NCBI GenBank assembly: GCA_009103225.1
Contig: RHPI01001965.1
Span: 511,114 to 575,113, forward strand
Direction: 5' to 3'
DNA length: 64,000 bases
Source: Chlorokybus atmophyticus
Lineage: Eukaryota; Plantae; Mesostigma and Chlorokybus algae
Program-made: the position numbers and the translations under genes
Notes under the pieces: model-generated
The model's input: only the letters and a program-made list of their open reading frames with translations
Told to the model about the DNA's origin: nothing
Databases searched by the model: none
Shown here: piece by piece, positions 60,700 through 64,000 of the stretch
Numbering within the stretch: the stretch's first letter is position 1
Layout of the letters: every line of letters begins with the position of its first letter

Positions 60700-61252
60700 T
60701 TGCAAAAGTTACATGGATATGTTCAACGTGTTACAGCAGAAGCTCAACACAGCTTCTTCAACTCATGTGTTCTCATTTACCTTGTCATCTTACAGCCTTT
60801 GCCACCTCTCGTGTGGGTCCCGTGTTCTAATTCAACGAGCCAGACATGTTACGTAATTGTCCAAATTCGATAGCTATGTCCTTATCCGACTTGCTGTTGT
60901 TAAGGACCTTTAGGCATGGCCACACTCTTTTGCATCCGAGAACTTCTTGTACAAAATGCATCTCTCCTGTTATTAATTGCCTCCCTCTTTGCTTTGCGCT
61001 GTCGTCCATGTCGTAAGGAAAAATGAGCGGAAAGGGTTGCCAACCCAAAAAGCCATATCGTTCGTCCACTTTATCTCCATCCATAAAAGTCAACTCATTT
61101 ATAACGTTTATAAATCTATGCAGCCATTCGAGCGTTGCGCAAGTGACTAATCCTGAGATGTGACGTACCCGCCACTCAGGAAAGAGTGACTCCATGCGTT
61201 AGTTGATCAGCTCTAAGGGGCTAAAATCCATTTTCACATCGGGCCAAAACAT
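60700..61252 (-). pseudogene. Decayed intronless ORF of unknown (TE or viral) origin
   Basis: One frame reads MFWPDVKMDFSPLELIN*RMESLFPEW...GFLGWQPFPLIFPYDM...GSLN*NTGPTREVAKAVR*QGK*EHMS*RSCVELLL*. All stops are TAA/TAG/TGA, each one C>T change from a Gln or Arg codon. It is embedded in AT-rich DNA. Confidence 0.5.
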
Positions 61253-64000
61253 GAAAGATCGCTTTCGGGCTGGTAAGCACTCATGCTATTATCGGCAAAC
61301 ATAGCACGGAACATCATGCGCTAAGCATGTGTAGTATAGTTCATATATGGTTCGCTTGTAGCGGACTATATAGCAAAAGTTGCACGAGCATGGTCAGCGC
61401 TAATCTGTATGACACAGGTGCTCATGACCTAGCTATGAGCACCTGTGTTGTACACTATTATGGGTTGATTAACATACGATTATATGGGATCGTTGTGGGG
61501 CGAACATGTAATCATATGTTGGAATGAATCTGCGGTTGCTATTTGTAGCCGTTGTTAATAATGTATATATAGTACTTGTCGTATACTCATGTATATAAAT
61601 TGTTTTGATGATGACATACAAATTCTCATGTGTTTTTTTATCAATAAACGGCCACAACATTATATCATATCATGATTAACTTTATGGCTTTTAAATGAGC
61701 GCCATGAATTTGCCACAATCAGTCCTACAGGTACTAAAGTTGATATCGCATCAATTGAAATGTATGTGTCTTGTACCACCAACAGATGCCTATATGTCGT
61801 TGTGTAAATACGTGCCAAGTTCATGTGAACCGTATTGACTAAAAAACATGCTAAAATCAACATGGTTGACGTGGGTAATTTGCATCAAGATGCGTTTCAC
61901 GAAACTGGAACTTTAGGCTAAATCGTGCAGCAAAATTGTACAAATGCATAAGCCATAATATATTATATTATTAGCTGCGACACGTCAAGCAAAGCAGGTT
62001 GCATTCTGCAATCGCAAAAATCTTCAAAGTTGTAATGTGCATAGTAAGACGTTAACGTCACTGTGACAGCAAGTAGCAAGCTGAAGACTTACGCAGCACT
62101 TCAACTTTTTTTAAATAACGTTGTATGTTAACATTATGCGATGTGCGTGTAACGATACCACTCACTTACTTGCTGGTCGGCTTGGCACAGGTTAGCTCAA
62201 ACATTAAGGACTTGTAGATGGAATTCCCACCAATGTCGACGATAATCAATGATGCCGCACCTCGTAGGGGCAATTGCAGCTCAGCATCAAGAGAGGAGAG
62301 GATGAAAGCCAACCTCTCCACACAGCTCCAACCCCCAAGCGCACACTTGCTCAACACACCCACGACACCACAACACCACACCCTACAAGGGATGAGGGGG
62401 GAGGCCCCTTCAATAGCCAACAACCAAGCACCCCATGCACAAGTGGCCCTCTTGCAAGGTGAACACACTAATGTCTTCATCAATACTGATCCAATCCCTA
62501 CTCAAGGATGCAACTTAGCATTTATACCACATGTTGCTCTCCTGCCCTAGCACACACGATGTCCAAGGCCACCCAGGCCTTGGCACCATGCGTTGACCTT
62601 GTTACAACACTAGAACTAACAAACTCCACCTCGGGAGTATCGGACACCCCGAATTCTCACAGGAATAACAATCCTACCTTGGAAGCAATACACAGGCTTC
62701 CGTAGCACATATGTACTTGCGGATTGCCCACAGGCACCACTTGCCTTGCGATTGTCACACATGTTGCAAATCGCACTACCGCAATACATGTCCTGTGGTT
62801 TGCCAACTTGGCTTTTTAGCTTTAAACCGTCACTTCTTGTGGCAACTCATAATGCAATAACAAGGGCTCACATGCAATAGGCATTAACCATCTCTGTGCT
62901 AGCCCTCATTAATGCCTCGTACAATTTATCATCATTCAAGGCCCTCATACGCACAAGAGCAGACCTACAAGAGAGCATACCCCATAAGCACTACACTTGC
63001 TTATAGAAAGGAGTCCCCACTGAGTCTCATCTCTCTAGCAGAAGTATGCAAAAAGAAATGACTTTTGCCAGCCCTACAGGCGTGTCAATGCGCGTTAAAT
63101 TTATTTATTGCTTGCTTTTATTGATAATGTGTCGCATGAATGCGCGCAATTCTCGTTATGTACCGAATAACACCATGTCATTACTGGTATCCATGCAATT
63201 ATCACTAACAATTATCATCATAACCGTGATAGGTTTGAGCTCATATATTGATCGTCAATTCACAATGACAATCAATATCAATTCTATATTGAGTGCAATT
63301 GCTTCACACCCGGTGTACATACGGACAAGTAGCAAGCTTGTGTGTGGGCACGCAGCAGCATATACAACATATAGCATAAGTTGCGTGCTGTGCTTTGCAA
63401 GTTGTTGCTTCCTCGTTGCTGCTTGCTGGCTTAAGTACCCGATTATCTCGTGTCTTGACCTGATTGGTTGTTTGTGACTCTACCTTGGCCCCAACATAGT
63501 TTCAAGCTTGATTGTTTGCTACCTGCACTTGTTCCGCTAGGTACTTGTTACATGTAGTTTGCAACATGCAACTCTTGTATGCTCTGTTCATCATGCTACT
63601 TTGCAATACACCTCCATATTGAAAGCTAGTCTGATATCGACCGAAGACCTCACCAAATTGTCCAAACACCCTCACAACACATCAACATCGCATTGTAGCT
63701 GAGCTACATGCTGGCTTGTCATGCAACCGAATGCGCCATGTGCATGCTATGTGGAGTGCAGCGCCAGCACGTTCTCCACAATAGTCCCAACCAGTGCCTT
63801 CATTGCAACCTGCGAGAAAGCAATAAGCTGCAAGCCCTTGTCACCTTGGCTTGTGTCTAATGTGCAGATTGCAGATTACTAAAGCAATCCTTCTCACCAT
63901 GTCATGCGACTTGAGGCCAATACAAACAAGCAGCGGCTTCGTATACCCCTGTTGACTGCCAACCAAACGGGTATATAGAGCTTGCAATCCTTTCAACACA

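Noticed and set aside
58415-61318. Shared 13-mer ACGGAACATCATG at 58415 and 61306
   Set aside because: A single 13-mer match is expected by chance in several kb, and the flanks do not align.
62700-63000. Possible gag zinc knuckle (KKPSWQTTGHVLR*C) on the minus strand
   Set aside because: Two of the four ligands are missing and the frames are broken; probably TE debris but not supportable.
63680-63830. Minus-strand acceptor followed by VAMKALVGTIVENVLALHST*
   Set aside because: Could be the last exon of a gene beyond the window, but there is no recognisable motif or partner exon.

Overview
Eukaryotic, intron-rich (GT-AG, one GC-AG) genomic DNA from the green lineage. The lineage call is an inference from a thylakoid KEA3 antiporter, an STP/HUP-type hexose symporter, a plant-type MAP4K, a GT77-like glycosyltransferase and telo-boxes; an early-diverging streptophyte alga is plausible but not provable here. 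I can assemble 12 well-supported spliced genes: X8-X8-GH5 glucanase, sugar transporter, KEA3, HD-domain nucleotidase, MAP4K, V-ATPase subunit e (invisible in the ORF track), NOG1, a NELF-A homolog, a DUF1995-like protein, dCMP deaminase, a UBX protein and CSN3. A GT77-like transferase and one tentative orphan gene bring the total to 14 models. Genes sit in compact clusters, often head-to-head, separated by AT-rich, CpG-poor tracts with transposon debris. That debris includes a complete 528-bp TRIM abutting the 5' remnant of an LTR retrotransposon. Most notable: (1) a NELF-A-like pausing factor in a plant-lineage genome; (2) a secreted GH5 with two N-terminal X8/CBM43-like modules next to a hexose transporter; (3) an abrupt within-exon switch from C-ending to G-ending synonymous codons in the first two genes; (4) a near-perfect 72-nt hairpin downstream of CSN3. 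All family assignments come from motifs recalled by eye, not from database searches. No rRNA, tRNA or CRISPR array was recognised.
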